Positions 43,165-43,688 of a stretch of 43,688 nucleotides of DNA are shown piece by piece. Numbering within the stretch: position 1 is the stretch's first letter; each line of letters starts with the position of its first letter. The stretch lies in IMG/VR virus record IMGVR_UViG_3300035657_000024, positions 1 through 43,688 of that record, one strand, 5' to 3'. The notes under the pieces are model-generated. The model was not told the DNA's origin. It made no database searches and saw only the letters and a program-made list of their open reading frames with translations. The position numbers and the translations under genes were made by a program. The stretch is from a virus.

Positions 43165-43338
43165 GCCGAGAGAACATTCAAAGTCCTCCCGGCCGCAGGC
43201 TATGATGAAATGATGAAGCGGCTATGTCCTGATAAGATTATCTTTTATGGGTCTGTACCAGACGATTGCAAAGGTGATATAATCAGGATAAAGCCGTTTA
43301 GCGATAAATTTAACGTTGTGGAGGTGGCGGCATGGTGA
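43165..43338 (+). pseudogene. C-terminal remnant of a second DUF4417-like gene
   Basis: ...GYDEMMKRLCPDKIIFYGSVPDDCKGDIIRIKPFSDKFN aligns with GYEEMVRRLQPETIIFYGSVPEECMGNIVRIRAFTDKFN of 31692..32342. The N-terminal ~170 codons are absent. Confidence 0.7.
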
Positions 43339-43688
43339 TAAATTTACAGTTTTTCGGTGGGCGCGGATCTGCTTTAAACGCAGCCGGAAGTGCGAAAAAA
43401 AATAGAGGTGGGATCATCGATCCATCTGCAGAGCCCAGGGAAATAGAAGCAGTATATAGAGAATCACGCGGGTATTACGGGTCTTATTACAAGAACGAGA
43501 TTTTGCAGGCATCTGCTGATGATCGTACCGGGGAGTTATCTTTTGACTATGCTACTCCTGAAAAACGCGAAAAGACATCTAAAACAAATAAAACGCAGTA
43601 TCTTACATATAAGTTAAATGCTGGCGCAGAGGATGGAGACACGTTTGGTATCAATTGGGACAAGGTTAAAGCTGTCTCGGGGCAGACG
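43332..43688 (+). CDS. 5' part of the junction-spanning gene (143 aa in total) with an MVINLQFF-GGRGS N-terminus
   Basis: SD ggaggtg. The ORF runs off the window end in phase with 100..174. Confidence 0.65.
   Translation, partial: MVINLQFFGGRGSALNAAGSAKKNRGGIIDPSAEPREIEAVYRESRGYYGSYYKNEILQASADDRTGELSFDYATPEKREKTSKTNKTQYLTYKLNAGAEDGDTFGINWDKVKAVSGQT
43590..43688. repeat. Exact 99-bp copy of 1..99
   Basis: Base-by-base reading. Confidence 0.95.

Larger units (their letters stand above)
1..43688 (+). mobile_element. Complete temperate siphovirus-like phage/prophage genome (circular contig, unit length about 43,589 bp)
   Basis: Integrase, CI-like repressor, replication, terminase, portal, capsid, tail, tape measure and endolysin modules in canonical order. 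The ends are identical over 99 bp. Confidence 0.85.

Overview
The window is one complete temperate siphovirus-type phage or prophage genome, with protein families typical of Firmicutes/Clostridia phages. The first 99 bp are identical to the last 99 bp, so the contig closes into a circle of about 43,589 bp, and one gene spans the junction. Almost all genes are on the + strand. In order, the modules are:
- an attP-proximal accessory cassette with its own consensus promoter (267-2278)
- an attP region with 21-bp direct repeats and a tRNA 3'-end-like core (2419-2644)
- a minus-strand lysogeny module: tyrosine integrase, a zinc-ribbon/TM/OB-fold membrane moron and a CI-like repressor, with back-to-back promoters at 5313-5394
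- early, recombination and replication genes: Gp157-like, Rad52-like annealase, HNH/DUF968-like, PD-(D/E)XK resolvase, replisome organizer with internal iterons and a DnaC-like loader
- a C5 cytosine methyltransferase
- a LemA plus membrane-protein pair
- a fused small+large terminase and a portal
- a repeat-bearing fibre-like protein and a minor capsid protein
- a roughly 3-kb island of small independently terminated genes inside the capsid module
- a structured RNA region holding tRNA-Ile(UAU) and two tRNA-like minihelices
- scaffold and major capsid genes
- a holin-like / GGRG-protein / DUF4417-like insertion
- A118-like tail genes (Gp15 family, 1071-aa tape measure) and tail fibre genes
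- a GH25 endolysin and a DUF4417-like gene remnant

No rRNA, CRISPR array, reverse transcriptase or transposase was seen. All functional calls come from motifs read by eye and recalled family signatures. No database search was run.

The most interesting candidates are:
- the attP-proximal four-gene cassette
- the tRNA-like minihelices next to tRNA-Ile(UAU)
- an L27/Prp-type NLQFF leader on an accessory protein
- a dnaX-type A_AAA_AAG slippery site joining two overlapping ORFs
- the moron island inside the capsid operon
- the LemA pair
- the TerS-TerL fusion
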